A stretch of 64,000 nt of DNA from Tubiluchus corallicola. Taxonomy: Eukaryota; Animalia; Priapulida. Both the position numbers and the translations under genes were made by a program. The stretch is from NCBI GenBank assembly GCA_030141605.1, contig JAQGDQ010000037.1:868001-932000 (forward strand), read 5' to 3'. A model generated the notes under the pieces. It was not told the DNA's origin. It saw only the letters and a list, made by a program, of their open reading frames with translations, and ran no database searches. Below are positions 27,401 to 42,400 of this stretch, one piece after another. The first letter of the stretch is position 1. Each line of letters begins with the position of its first letter.

Positions 27401-30400
27401 GCAGTATTTGCTGTAGCCGATGAACTGGAAGCTGAAAACTACCATGATATCGCACGTATTAATGCTAGGTACCTGCTTACTTTTGAATTTTTATTTAGTT
27501 TTTCTTGTAACAACAGATGTTCAGATTAGAAGAGAAACAAGAATTACTTATATTTGAGTTAAATACTATTTAAACATTAAAATAATTTAGGAAAGAGAAT
27601 GTTCAGCGCTTGTGGGAATATCTGTTAGAGCTGCTGAATGCCCGTCGTATGCGCCTTGAGATGTCATTGCAGCTGCAGCGCACATTCCAGGAGATGATTC
27701 ATATCCTTGACTGGATGGAGGAACTCAAGGTATTTTCTTGTTAAAAATATTCTTTTGAAGTTTGAATTATATATACATTTCATGGAATAGAATGATAATT
27801 CAGCTTTTACATTTGCATAGCCTTTTTTCTTTTCCATATGTAAATCATTGTAAGTTAGGACTAGAATTTCAATGCAAGTCAGTGAAATCGTGGAATCCAT
27901 TCGCCTAAACATTCACACATTGCCCATTACCGCGAATCTAGTTAGATTTGCACAGCTTTTATCTGGATTTAAAAAATTAAAGAAATACTGGCACCAATCT
28001 GACTTTTTGCGTTATCCTAGCACGTTTGTTGCCGTATTGTGCTTGCGAGTTTACTTAGTTATTTCCCAAGTGTCTTTGGCACATTGCGCTTTTTATTCAA
28101 AAGTTTCACGTAAAAATTATAGGGTTTTAGGTTCGATGCTAGGCCAACCAGAATACATACTTGAGGCAGAGGGTATTAAAGTTTGGAAACACTGCCGATC
28201 TGTCAAGTTATCATGTTTTGCGTAAAGAACCTCTCAAATGTGGCATTATCAATGCCTGCAGGAAAACAATTTCTCTGCAAGGTAACAGGGTAATTAGGGA
28301 ATGTTAGGTCTGATTCTGAAAAAAGTGTTTGTATTAACTATGATTAATTCTTATAATACGTCACTTTAAACTGAAATTCAATCTACTGTTTCGGTTATTA
28401 TAATTCATTGTATTTGAATGTAATTTAGACCTCAATTTTTTGGATTCTCGTAAAATGTCACGGCAAGAATTTGCTTAGATTGGGGCGAAATATAATGAAA
28501 TTCTGGAGTTATCATTGAAAGTGACATTGACAGTTAAACTACCCTACAGTCTCGTAATTTTTCTATATGAATGCCTTGGTGGTTTGTAGAACCGTCTCAT
28601 GTCGGATGATTTTGGTAAACATCTGATGGGCGTTGAGGACCTACTTCAGAGGCACAATGTATTAGAAGCTGATATCAAACTAGTGCGCGACAGAATTGAT
28701 AATGTCAACTCACAAGCCCAGAAGTTCGTCGATGACGAAGAAGGTGTGTGTTTTAACCTATTGACCAAATAATGTGTGGTCCTTTAGTATCTGTTTTAAT
28801 TATTTTGTTTATGGCACATTGAAGTTGCAACAATGATACTTCACTTGGTAAAATGGTTTTTTGCTGATTGCGACTTGATTATGTTTGATGCAATTTTCCA
28901 TTAATATGTTTTCCTATGTTGACACATTAATTATTTTTACCGTAGGCTATCATCCTGTTGACCCAGCTATTATAAAAGAGCGTATGCAACACTTGGACGC
29001 TGCCTATGAAGAGCTACGGCAGTTGGCAGATGATCGCTACAATAAACTCCTGGAGTCACGTCGCTTGTGGCAGTTCTTCTGGGAGAGTGCTGAAGAGGAG
29101 GCATGGATCAAAGAAATGGAGCATACTTTGTCTTCACCAGATCTTGGTCATGATTTGCAAAGTACACAGCTCTTACTTAATCAACACAAGGTAAAGAAAA
29201 CATTCTACCTGAGAGAAAGTGTTGTTTTTCATAGTGATGTGATTATGTCACTGCCTTGTCAACATTTGAATGAGTAGGATTCACTTCTCATATTGCAGAG
29301 TGAAACATTGTTATCACTACTTCATATTTTAAAATGTTAATCTTAAATTTTATTTATTTTTATTGCCATTGTTGTTGTTATTATTACTGTTGTCATTGTC
29401 CTTGTTGCACATAAAATTGTTTCAATTTTTACAGACACTGGAGGCAGAGATAGATGACCATTATAGTCACCTTGCTAATGTGCTTCAAGGTGGCGAAACT
29501 CTTGTCACAGAAGGTCATTTTGGCACTACCGAGATTAAACAAAGAATAGATGATGTTAATGGAATGTGGGAAAATCTCCTTGAACTTGCAAAATATAGAA
29601 AGAAGCGATTACTGGAAGCTATGGATAAATACAAAGTATTGTTTCTTTCTTCTTACATTTGTTTTTGTTATCATCAACAAACTTGTCTGTATTAGTACTT
29701 CAGTCGTAATGTGTTTATGTGGTTTAAGGTTATATGCCAGATTGATTGACAATCCGTTATAGTAAGTCTTGTCGTTGTCTAATTGTTGTTTACCGGATCG
29801 GATACCTTTTTGCAGTTATTTGCTGATTGCGATGATGTTGATGCATTCATGATGGACAAATTTAGACTCGTCGCAAGCGAAGATGTTGGCCGAGATGAAG
29901 CAAACACAGAGTCACTTCTAAAGAAACATGATGTATGTCATCTACATCAATAATCCATTGCTTCAATGCAATAAACTTCGTAAATTGGGCATGTCAAAAT
30001 CTGTTACAAATTTATTTAATCATAGTTTTTTCCTAATAGTTTTGTTGTATTTCCTGTCTAGATGTTTCACAAGTCTTTTTTTTGGCTAGGACATCATGGA
30101 TGAATTGAAGAATTATGAAGGTGTTGTTGAGGGTCTGCACGACCAGATCCAAAATCTTAGCCCAGAAGACCAGACGTCTCCTGAAGTTACAGACCGGCTT
30201 GCAAACATCGACCGCCGCTATGGAGAATTGACGGAACTTGCTAAGCTTCGCAGACAGAAGTTGCTGGATGCGCTGTCTCTGTACAAATTATACAATGAAG
30301 CTGATGCTGTGGAAGCTTGGGTTAATGAAAAGGCATGTACCTAATTAAAAATTAAACATGAAATACTTCAAGTTCAGTTTAACACACTTGAATGTGTTAG

Positions 30401-33400
30401 AAACTTGAGCTTTAGAATTTCTTTACTTTGTGTGATACTGATGTGCAGAAACAAACATTTTCATACTTGGGATGGTTTTTGTATTGTTACAGTTTGCATT
30501 GGAAAATGTACATTATGACCAAACATATAGCATGGCTCATACTGGCTTTATAGTTTTAAAACAAAAGTTAATTAAGATAATATAGTCACATTTTTTATTT
30601 AATTTAGGAAAAACTGTTGGATACCATGATACCAGGCAAGGATGCAGACTATGATGAACTTGCTATCATGAAACATCGTTTCGAAGGCTTTGAACAAGAG
30701 ACTGAAGCTAGCAAACCAAGGGTAAATGTTTTCGCATGCTATTATTACAAAAACTCTTGCACTTCAAATTGTTTTTGTTACCTAGTGTGCTTTAGTTGTC
30801 ATAAAATGAAATTTGTAAGTATTCATTTTCTTTTGAATAGGTTGAGACCGTGAATGAACTTGCAGCACAGCTTGTAGAAGCAGAAAACCCACACGCTAAC
30901 GAAATTGTGGCCAAGCGAGACGAAGTCAATCAAAAGTAAGCGGTAGTTCTGAAATTTTAGTAGTACAGTGTTTGAATGACTTATCAAATTTTTACTTTTA
31001 ATTCTGCCTGCTGGTCTGCTACTGTAATGTGACGAGGCTAAATTGTGACTTGTGATTGGCCTCAAAAGAACAGATTGCAGAATATCAATACCGAGAAACG
31101 TGGTAGTTATGGTTTTTTAGGGTCTGCCTCACTGTCACCAATGTTAACTGCATGAGCAGGACATTTAAACTTTCTATTAGTTGGTTGTGCGTTACATATA
31201 TTGTAAAAGTAATTGCTAAGTAGCATATTACGCTATTGCAGTTTGGAAAACTTGTAGTTATGTCGTACTTGCACTTGCCATTAAGAGAGTGCATTATATA
31301 AATGATCTTAATTGTGCGTTATTATTTCTTAGGTGGTCAGAGCTGCTGGATTTGTCGACAAAGAAAAGAGGAGAAATTCAACAATTTCACAGTGTGCAGA
31401 CCTTTCACATCGAGACTGAAGAAACTATTGTAAGTAAATTCCAAGCTTAATTTACAATTAGTTAGCAAGTAATGTGTAATTGGGTTTGATACAGTTTTTT
31501 ACAGTATTAAACTGATTATTTTCTGCCTATTTAGACCTGGATTAATGAGAAGTGCAAGATTCTGGAAGAAACCCAGGAATATGGTGATGATCTTGCTGGT
31601 GTAATGAAGCTTCAGCGTCGCATGAGCTTTATGGAAAGAGACATTAAAGCCATAGAGGATAAGGTAAAGCTTTGAATTAATAGTGATTTCATTAAGCTGT
31701 CAAACTGTGGTTAAGTTATGCTGCTATGTTTTATATTTCAGGCTAACTAATCTAGCTGCCATATTGTGATGAAGTTTAATTGAAGCACATTTATTTTTGT
31801 AATTACAGATGAATGAATTAGAACAAGAAGCTGATCGCATTGAAAAGGAACAACCTGAAGAAGCTGCTGACATCAGACGTCAGATTGAAGAGATCAGAGT
31901 TGTCTGGAATGGTTTGCAGACTCTTGTGAGTTGTCATTGTGTTTGCTTTTTGATAATTCCAACAAAAAATAAAGTTTTATTCCTTGCACATAAAATTCAG
32001 CATTTCTTTGTTGTCAAATTAAAAACTTCCTGCCTTTCAGGTTGAAGATCGGGAAGCAAAATTAGCCGAGTCTGGTAATCTTCAGCATTTTCTCCGCGAT
32101 TTGGATGGCTTCCAGAATTGGTTGTCAAAGACGACAGTTGCTGTTGCTTCTGCCGACCAGCCAAACGACTTGCAGGTGCAACTTTCATATCGTGTTGCTA
32201 ACACTAACCAATTTTGTTGCATTTGTTTAAATTAGTTTGTAAATAGTTCATGGAAAACAATACAATATTTATTTTTAACGACTTTGCGTAATGTTCATTC
32301 TTTTGTCATTGAAGGAGGCTGAAAAACTGTTACAACAGCACCAAGCATACAAGGAAGAGATAGATAACTATGAAGATGAATATGCAAAACTCAAAGAAAC
32401 TGGTGAACAGATCACAGCTGCTCAGTCGGACGATCCTCAATATATTTTCTTACGGCAGGTAAACAATCACAAACAAAGAAATTACCTTTATTTATTATTG
32501 ATTAGCTAGTTAAAGTGAATTTCAAATTATCTTAGTTGGGTGCACTCTGGAAATTAATTTCTATTGTCCCTTTTTATTGAATATGGTTATTGTTTGATTA
32601 TTGTTAATACATCTGGCTTTAGAGATTGGAGGCGCTGAATGATGGTTGGGAACAGTTGCATCAGATGTGGGACAAGCAACAGAGATACCTGGCGGAGAGT
32701 CTAAATCAGCAGGTTTTCTTACGGGATGCAAAACAAGCTGAGACACTTTTGAATCACCAAGACAATTTCCTTGTCAAAGAGGAGGTCCCGGTAAATTTAA
32801 TTTTCTAGTTGCTTTTTTAGGTAGTGAAAGGGTTGTATTAATTGAGATTAAATGTAGCAAGAATTTTAGGAAAGCTAAGGTGAGTTGAACGTAGGCTATT
32901 GAAGTTATTTGGTGTGTTCATAAATTGGGTGATATTGGCCTCTTCACTGCCGCATGATGTGTATTACAGCTAGGGTAGGGAGTATTTTAAGAAGTTGCTG
33001 CTGCTACTATTACAGACATTTTGTAGTCCATATATTAAGTTTTCTGGCCAACAGAGGACAGCACCACTGTTTATTTTCAGTAGCCTGATCATGAAGTGTA
33101 ATTGGTTTGTGCATGTATTATTGCTACAGGTGTGTGTCAATTTAATTGTGTATTAAACATGATTGTACTGTCTCATAATACAAACCAGTCAGGATGGCAT
33201 TTTTGTGATGGAAGATTCTTGTTATAGTGTCAGTGAAGTGTTTAATTATAAAGAGTGGATTTCAACAGGCCCCAAAAGTTTTTTAACAAGCATGTGAAAT
33301 CTGTTACGTTAGTCTGGAATAGGTTTAATAAATTGTCTAGCTCTCTTGAGATAAGAAAGCAACTTTTGAAAAAATCCACAATATTTTGCTTTTTTTGTGT

Positions 33401-36400
33401 TAAATATTGTTTATTCTTTTTTATTCAAGACAACCTTAGAACAAGCTGAATCCGCTGTGAAGAAACATGAAGCGTTCATGAATACCATGGATGCAAATGA
33501 CGACAAAATTAATACTGCTGTTATGTTTGGGCAACGTCTGTGTGATGAGAACCATTATGATGCTGATAAGATTTACAAGAAAGCAGCAAACATTCAGAAT
33601 AGGTGTGTTCATTTAGAAGTATATGTTCTGTATTTAATTATGAAATTAAATCCATTGGGAAGATATTTTATGTAATTGCATATTTATAATACCGAACAAT
33701 TTTTTTCCATTAGGCAACAGAATAATAGAGCGAGAGCAGAAGACCAGCTTCAGAATTTGCGGGATCAGCTTGATCTGCAGCGTTTCTTGAGAGAGTGTGA
33801 AGAGTTTGGCTTCTGGTGTCAAGATAAAATCATTGCAGCGCAAGATGAAACGTACCGCTCTGCTAAAACCGTGCACAGCAAGTGGACACGACATCAAGCA
33901 TTCCAGGCTGAGCTTGATGCTAACAAAGAAAGGCTTGACAAGATTTTGGAGGTATTGATCTAATTTGTCATTTTATTTGTTTGTTTGTTTGTGCAAAAAA
34001 ATCTCTAGCTACGACATGCTCATAATTTATGATCCCTGTTTATTTAATGCAGACAGTCAAGTATTTAATTTTTTCACCTATAACTGGCATATTTCTACAT
34101 AGGTCTACCAGTGTAGGCAAAAGATGCAAAATTAAATATAAAAATATCTCTTTTATCTGCTGTAAAAAACCATTTGTTTTTACAAAATTTCTTAAACTAT
34201 GATAAAAACTGTCATCTTGCTAATTCAATGTTTTTTACAGGAAGGTGAAAAGTTGAAGCAAGAAAAGCCTCAGTTTGCTGATCAGATACAGGAACGTATG
34301 AATGAGTTGAAAAATCAGTATGACGGCTTGCAGGACACGACTCAGGATAAGGGTCAACAGCTGTTTGATGCTAACCGTCATGTACTTTATGAGCAGTCAG
34401 TTGATGACGTCGAGGATTGGATGACAGACTTGGAGTCACAGATTGTTACTGATACTGGTACTGACTTAACAAGCGTCACATTGCTCATGCAAACACAGCA
34501 AGTAAGTCCACAATGAACACTTTTGATTAGCGTACGGATTCTAATACTGTCTTTTGTTGAAGCCTGTAATTGTCAGGTGTGTTGCTATGCATATTTTTGG
34601 TGCTTTCATATATCTCTTGTGGAAATTTATTCGCTTGAACAAACTGAGTGCAGTTTCTAGTTTGAGAGTATTTTCAGAATTCAGTTTTTCACTTTAGCAA
34701 GTTCATATTGCTTTCAATTTATTTTGTTTGAAATGTGTTTTTTTCAACTTAGGTTCTTGAAAGCGAGATGAACGTGAAGCAGGCTCAGGTGTTGGAGTTG
34801 GAATCACAAGCGGCTCACTTGGCCAAACTTGAACCAGAAAACATTGACAAAATTGAAGCTATAGAAGCAAAGAAAGTTGCAGTTGAACAAAAGTAAGTGA
34901 ACTTATGTAGAGTAGGGATGTTAACGATAATGATTCTTATCATGTCGATATCGAAAATTGCTTTTTATCGTTATCATGTCGCTATTATTTTAGGAATATT
35001 ATAGTATCGAATTTAGTGCACATTGCTCACTTTTATGAAATTATTTCACTTTGCTTTTTTTACGCACTAGAATTATGTAAAAAAATTGAAAAAGAGTTAT
35101 TTATAAGGTGTTTGAATAATTTTCTTGGCCTTTCTTCCTGCAATAGTGGCTGTCTGAATTTGGTATTACATGTATCTATACCTTAATCGGGAAATAACCC
35201 GCAAAAAAATAAAGTGTTGAAATGTGCTGAGACTCCTTGCACAATAACTAACCACACGTTCAGTATCATTTATCGTTAATTATAAATTATAAATAATTTA
35301 TCGTATCGTATCGTCTGAAAAACAAATTACCATTATCGTATCATTGGAAAAAAGTGTATCGTTATCACCAGATGTGTGTCTTTTAACATCCCTAATGTAA
35401 AATGTACGTTATATTTGCATATTGCTGTTTTTCTTTTAGAATTTGCACATTTATTTGAAAACTTGTTGTTTCCTTCTAAGACTGTTGTGTTTTTTTAGAT
35501 TCCAGCGGTTACAAGAACCTTTGGTAGAGCGACGCAAGCTCTTGGAACGGAAGAAAGAGGTGTTCCAGTTTAAGAGAGACGTTGAAGACGAATTGTTGTG
35601 GATCGAGGAAAAAATGCCACTCGCTGCTAACAAGGATTATGGCAAGAATTTGTATGACTGTCAGAGACTAAAAAAGAGAAATCAGGTATACGTTTTTGCT
35701 TTTCCATGGCATGTCGAAATGTTTTTTTTAATTCTAATTTATAGTGTTGCGGTGTGCAGTAGGTTGTGAAAACATTCTTACATCCCTACTGGGATGGGAA
35801 AACATGACCAAGCTTAACAAAATGTTACTGTTTCACAATACTGAGCTGTAAATAAGTGGTTTTTTACGTTTAATATAACTTATGTAGCGTAATGAAATCT
35901 ACAATGTAATGTATCTTTCATCTTGATTGAGATTGCTTTTAATGTAACTAAATGACTATGTAGTTTTCAAAATGATCTGTGGGTGATTTTAATAAATAAG
36001 TGAGTAAAGATTATGCGTCATTCATTGCATAATGGCTAATGTTTTAAAATAACTTTAAGAAATGCTTTTTTGTAACTTCAGCTGCTGCGTAATGAAATCG
36101 ACAACCATGAACCACGGATTGTTAACATTTGTGAAGTTGGCCAGAAGCTGATTGATGAAGGTCATCCTGAGTCTGAAGATTACCGTGCCAAAATCGCTTT
36201 GCTGCAGGATCAGTGGATGGAGTTGCAGAATGCAGTCGATGATAGAGAGAGGGGATTAGACGAGAATGAACGAGCACAAACGGTACATGCTGTATTGTAA
36301 CTTAGTACCTGTCTAGGAACCACAAAAAATCTCCTCTTTTGAATTTTGACATTGTTTTATGCATTATTTTTTACTGGAGTTTTGTAACAGTTCTAGACTA

Positions 36401-39400
36401 ACACATTGCTTCTGTTTTTTAGTATTTTGTTGATACAGCTGAGGCAGAGACGTGGATGTCTGAGCAGGAATTGCACATGATGACAGAAGACAGAGGAAAG
36501 GATGAATTCAGCTGCAGTGCTCTCTTGAAAAAGCACAACAACCAAGAGGAGGTTATTGAAGAGTATTCTGACACCATCCGTGATCTTGGTGACACTGCTA
36601 GACAAATGATTGATGAGGGCCATCCTCTGAGGTAATTTACATCAATTTGATTTTGTTATGAACAGGTTTAAATGCATGCAACGTATAGCACTTTTCAAGA
36701 CTTAAACGATAAAGAAACTAATACCTTTACAATAAGTTAACACTATCATTTTTTCTTCAATTTTTTTGTAGTGAACCAGTCGCTGTAAGGCAAGCTCAGA
36801 TTGACAAGCTTTATGCGGGCTTGAAAGATCTTGCTGCAGAGCGCAAAGATAAATTGGACGAAGCATTAAAACTGTACAATCTAAATCGAGAAATCGATGA
36901 TCTACTTCAGTGGATTGCCGAAAGAGAAGTTGTTGCTAAATCACATGAGCTCGGTCAAGATTTTGAGCACGTCTGCGTAAGTTTTCTACATGTTTTACTC
37001 ACTGTACTATGTATTAATTTTAAGAGCTGTACATTTAAACCTCTTTTAAAGAAGATATTTTATCTTCACTTGAATACTTTTTTATAGATTTTTTTTATTT
37101 TATCTCAATTTTTACGAGTTTCTTTACTTAGATGTTACAAGAACGATTCAAAGAGTTTGCACGTGATACCGAAAGTATTGGTACTGAACGTGTTGCTAAG
37201 GGTAACGAAATAGCCGATGCTCTCATTAATGTGGGCCACAGTGATGCTGCTCTTATAGCACAGTGGAAGGATCAACTAAACGAAGCTTGGACGGACTTAT
37301 TGGAATTGATTGACACTCGTACACAAATGTTAGCTGCTAGCTATGAGCTACACAAGTATTATAATGATTGTAAAGATGTACTGGGAATGATTCTCGTAAG
37401 TATTTTATACCAGTTTTTGTATGAATATGATATGTATTCCCTGAGATTTTGTAAATTATTTCTTATGTATACTTTTAATTATGTGGTTTAATTTATTTGT
37501 TTGATCCAAATTATATTTCTTGATTAAACTTGCTGGTATTAAATTAATAAAAACACACTGTTACTCGTTTTTATTTAAATTAAATTGTTTTTTCATATCT
37601 AGGAGAAGCAGAATTCAATGTCTGATGAATTAGGTCGTGACGCAACTGTGGTTTCCACTTTACTTCGCAACCATGCTGGTTTTGAACAAGACCTGGCAAC
37701 ACTGGCAACACACGTAAGTTTAAAATATAATCACTAGTAATTTTTCAGGCCGTTAAGCATTTGCAGAATTTTTACCTTGTTCGGACACACACATTTTGCC
37801 TGCCCTGTTTTAGGGAATTATACTTTCGCTTCAGGTTTCCAGTATACAAGAAAAATCTGCTAATTTACAAGCTGCTTATGCCGGTGATAAAGCACGTGAG
37901 ATCCAGAACCGGGAAGCGGAAGTTGTTAATGCGTGGCTTAACTTACAAGCCATGGTGGATGGACGACGTGTTAAATTGGTTGATACTGGTGATTTGTTCA
38001 AGTTCTTTAGCATGGTGCGAGATCTGATGCTGTGGATGGATGACATAATTCGACAAATGAACACCCAGGCAAGTAGACATGTTCTTTTTACGGCATTAAT
38101 TAAGGTTTCTTCTAGTATTAATGAATATGGAACTTTGTCAATGGCATTAAATCAGTTCTATTACGGGAACTGTGTTCTGCTTTAACTTGCACGCATTTAT
38201 GTAGTTTGAAAGTTTGTGCTCACCTAAGTATTGTGTAATTAATATAGGAGAAACCGCGAGATGTTTCCGGTGTCGAATTGTTGATGAACAATCACCAAAG
38301 TTTGAAGAACGAAATTGATGCACGTGAGGAGAACTTTGATATTTGTGTTAATCTTGGTCAGAATTTACTTGCCAGAAAACACTATGCTTCTGCTGAGGTA
38401 AATGGACTTATTTAGCTACATTTCATCTATTTTTCATACAGTTTCGAGTTTCAGTTGCTGAGGCATTGGGGCGACAAGGGGTAATTAGCTCCTTTCGTAA
38501 GGGTGAGAAGGCGCAAAATTCTTCTAGAGTTTAATGCCTCTTAATTGGTAATTACTAATCCAACAGTAAACTAAAGTGTTCAAACTACAGCAAGATTGCC
38601 TAGTCGGAGATCATCATAGCTGTATTTAATTACTGCATACAGCTTAGAAAAAGGGCTAATGCTGTTACTTAACGGCGGGTGTAGGCATGTGGCGTGCATT
38701 TGAGTATATCGATAATTTTGGGAGAAACAGTAGCGTTATTCTCTAAATGTCAATTACATTATTGTGAAAACCTATAGTGTTCTGCATGTTTTAATGCTGG
38801 AACAGAATGTTTAAGGACTGACGTGTTACGAGCAACTAATGTGTGAAAAAGAGTTATTCTGGTGCACTACCGCAAATCAAACTCTGGGCGATCCTTCGAA
38901 AATTCGTTTATGTTTATCCCATCATGTCGAAAAAGGAAAGTCGGGCTCAGGGACCCAAAAAGCATCTACGCAACAAATGATTAAAACATTAAAAGGGTAG
39001 GGCGCCAGAAGTTTTTGTGCCCCCGGACACCACAAGTACTTGCTACAAGTACCGCTGTTCATTTGTGTATTTCTCAAGTCTTACAGAATGTCGATATTGG
39101 ATCCTGAAAATGATATTTTTCCACTTAAGCTTCTGTTTTGTTGATTGAGTTGCAAATGTTTTAATTGATAATTATTATTCAGACAAGTGCTGTTCTTTCA
39201 GATCAAAGACAAATTACTGGGGCTGACAAACCAGAGAGCAGCCATGATGGAGCAGTGGGAGCATCGCTGGGAACATCTACAATTAGGTTAGTAGTGACTA
39301 ATTCGTTATGTTTCATTTTACAAGTTCTGAGGCTCATGATTTCTTTTTCAGGAATAATAATGCTTTATCCTCGGTGTAAATGAGGACACACAGTGGACTT

Positions 39401-42400
39401 TTTGTTATGATAAACTGAGTATTCTGAAAAAAAACTATTTAAAAAAAATTTTTGTTGATTTTATGTATTCTGGTAATTACAATACAATTGCAGCATATAT
39501 CTCACGTATAAACGCATTCATACCTTGTCTGGTCGAAAAAAATAACATTGTTATTATAGTATTAAATCTATTCATGATCAACTGTTAGTTTTTTTGTGTG
39601 TGTGGGGTTCATTAGTGATTTTTGGTGATTTCATTAGTGATTTATTGGCCGGTCATCAATAGTTATGTGCACTCGAATGGAGCTAAAGACCCTCTCAGTG
39701 GCTTCAGTACCTAAGGTCTACCCCCATTTTTGTTATTACTATATTTACTATTGTGTAACATAAACTGTACGAAAAAAGTAGATTAAACTGTGATGTGACA
39801 TCAACTTCATTTTTGAAATTTTTAGAATCACATCTTCTGCGGCCAGCAAAAATCCTAGAAAACTACTCATGTATTCAGCACTTGTCTTCAATTTTTAGCA
39901 ACAGGCAAACTTTCATCTACGGTATTCAAAGCTGTTTCTACAGGCTAAATTCTTTTTATGTTTATATGTGTCATATACATCTTTTTCATAATTGCTAATT
40001 ACCTTTCTTTTAGTATTGGAAGTATACCAGTTTGCCAGAGATGCTGCAGTTGCAGAAGCTTGGCTTTTCCAGCAGGAACCTTATCTGGCCGGTGAGGAAT
40101 ATGGGGTAAGTTGCTATGGCAAATATTTAGTTTTTCATTTCTTGCCACACACTGTCTGAACATGTGCCAGATATATGTGGAAATGTGTCCCCGAATGTTC
40201 GTGATGTATGTCAACAATTTCAAAACCCGCGAAAACTTGGGGAACATTTTGTGACGTTTTGGACATTGATGGGATGATTTTGCCATTATTTTTCAACATT
40301 TTGCAGAACCTCGGTTGTCCAACACTTTTTTCGCAAAAATTCCATGAAATGGTCATGAAGCAATGTCAATATTATTTGTGCCAAACTGGTGCAACATTCT
40401 GTTTGTCACGTATGTATCGCATAATTCATAAATAGTTGCAGATGTGTCTCAAACACATTGCACGAATTTTTTGCAACATTCTCTTGATTGTTGTCTCTCA
40501 AAAAAATTGGCAAAAATAGTGCAAATGATCACCACATGGAGACTTAGGCGACAAAGCTCAATTGGATGAATTTTTTGAAGACTTAGAAATTATTAGCCAT
40601 TGCAGGAGTGTTGCATCCCCCATGAGACCCTGGCTTAAATCATATTTTATTTTATTGATTATAAATGCTTTTGCTGTTCTAGACAACATTGGATGAAGTT
40701 GAAGCTCTGATTAAAAAACACGAAGCATTTGAGAAGTCTGCTGCAGGACAAGAGGATCGATTCACTGCTTTGCAGAGACTTACAACAGTAATTTGTGTTT
40801 ACGTTTATACAACAAAATAACAAAAGCACTATAATAATGAATTTTATTTTTTGCTGTTTTTCTACTAATTTTGAAAGAAATCTTTAAAGAACTAATTCAT
40901 ATTGAAAGTTTCGCTAAACCTAGTTATACCAAATTTAATTCTAGCTGAATATTGTTTTGATTATTTACTTTAGTTTGAACTGAAAGAGCTTCGACGGAGG
41001 CAAGAAGAAGAAGAGGAGCGAAAGAGAGCCGAGCAGAGAGCTATCGAAGAAGCAGAAGAGCGAGAGAGGAAAGCCAGGTAAATTTTTATTTATAGGAATC
41101 AGCTATGCAAGTCCCTTTGAATACTTTTTAGTTGATCCTAAAGTTGCAAACTATTTTACATAAATAATATAACTTGATTTTAACATATTGTCATTTATTT
41201 AAAGATAGGTTCTGGTCCTATTACAGTCTACATTAGATAGGTGGTACCACTGGTTGCTCAGTACTGCTTGCGAAGTGCCAAACAGTTTTAAAAATAATTG
41301 TACATTGACAATGATTTCAGGGAACCCGAGGAACCGCAGGCTACAGCTGAACAAGAGAAAGACGTTGCTGCAGCACCAGCTGCTGCTGAAGGTTAGTTTT
41401 ACATCCCGTCCCGTTTATTAGAAGATACCACCTACTTAAAATTAAGGAATGTAAACGAAATAAATTTCTTGGGACATTAGCTACGATGTAAAGGTATTTG
41501 GAAGACACGTTTCTGCAGTTTCTTTTATTTTTATATGCGTAAAGGTAGCTGTTTCTCAGTGACAGTCATGCTGGTTAATAGTCTTTCAGTTTTATAAATA
41601 ATAGATGTTGTTTAAGTAACCTTTCATTGCGGCAGGACATAATTTCATAATTATATCGGATTCAGCCATGCGGAGCTTCGTTGACTCAGTTTGTATTTTA
41701 TCAGCCTTTTCTGAAAATGCTGCAGTTCTTTGAATGATTTTATGGCACTTGGTTAGCTCTGTCTCAATGCGGTACCTTTCAGAGCAATTTTAATAATTTC
41801 AATAACTATGATTTTTTCCGGATAGCTAAAGGGAATAAACTACTTGGCGTCTGACTTTCTTTCATTTTCGCTAAACTGGTTTTTGCATGGCAATTTTATA
41901 TGTCAGAAAAAGATTATTTGCTCTGTTTTTGTATACTTTAATGTACGTGTGCTTCATTGTTTGTGCTGGCACACTCGCATTCGATTTTGTAGAGTGATAT
42001 AAAAAATGCATTAACAATAGTGAAAATAAATGAACTGACATGCATTAGATTAAACGGTGAAGACCATTTATTTTCTATTATATTTGAAATTCGTAAAAGC
42101 ATTTGTGTTTTTTTATGAAAATTTATTTCATCCGAGGTATTCTACATGTATTTACATTTAGTTAATAACGGACACAAAATATTTTGTTCTTTATACTAAA
42201 ATTAGGTTCTTCCACATTTAAGTAAATCCTGACTTTACATTAGTTGCACAGTAGAAACTTTGAAAAATATAGATGAAGTTTCTTTCTGGTGTGTATGTTG
42301 TGGAGTTATTTGAAATTATTTTTTAGCTGTGTGGTTGCTGAGCCGTGTAATATAATATTAGATATTTGCTTGTTATGCGATCCTATTATATGTCCCGGGG

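Noticed and set aside
38452-39057. Possible hAT-like insertion (CAGT...GCTG ends) in a spectrin intron
   Set aside because: TIRs are too degraded and no TSD was found, so boundaries are unsupported.
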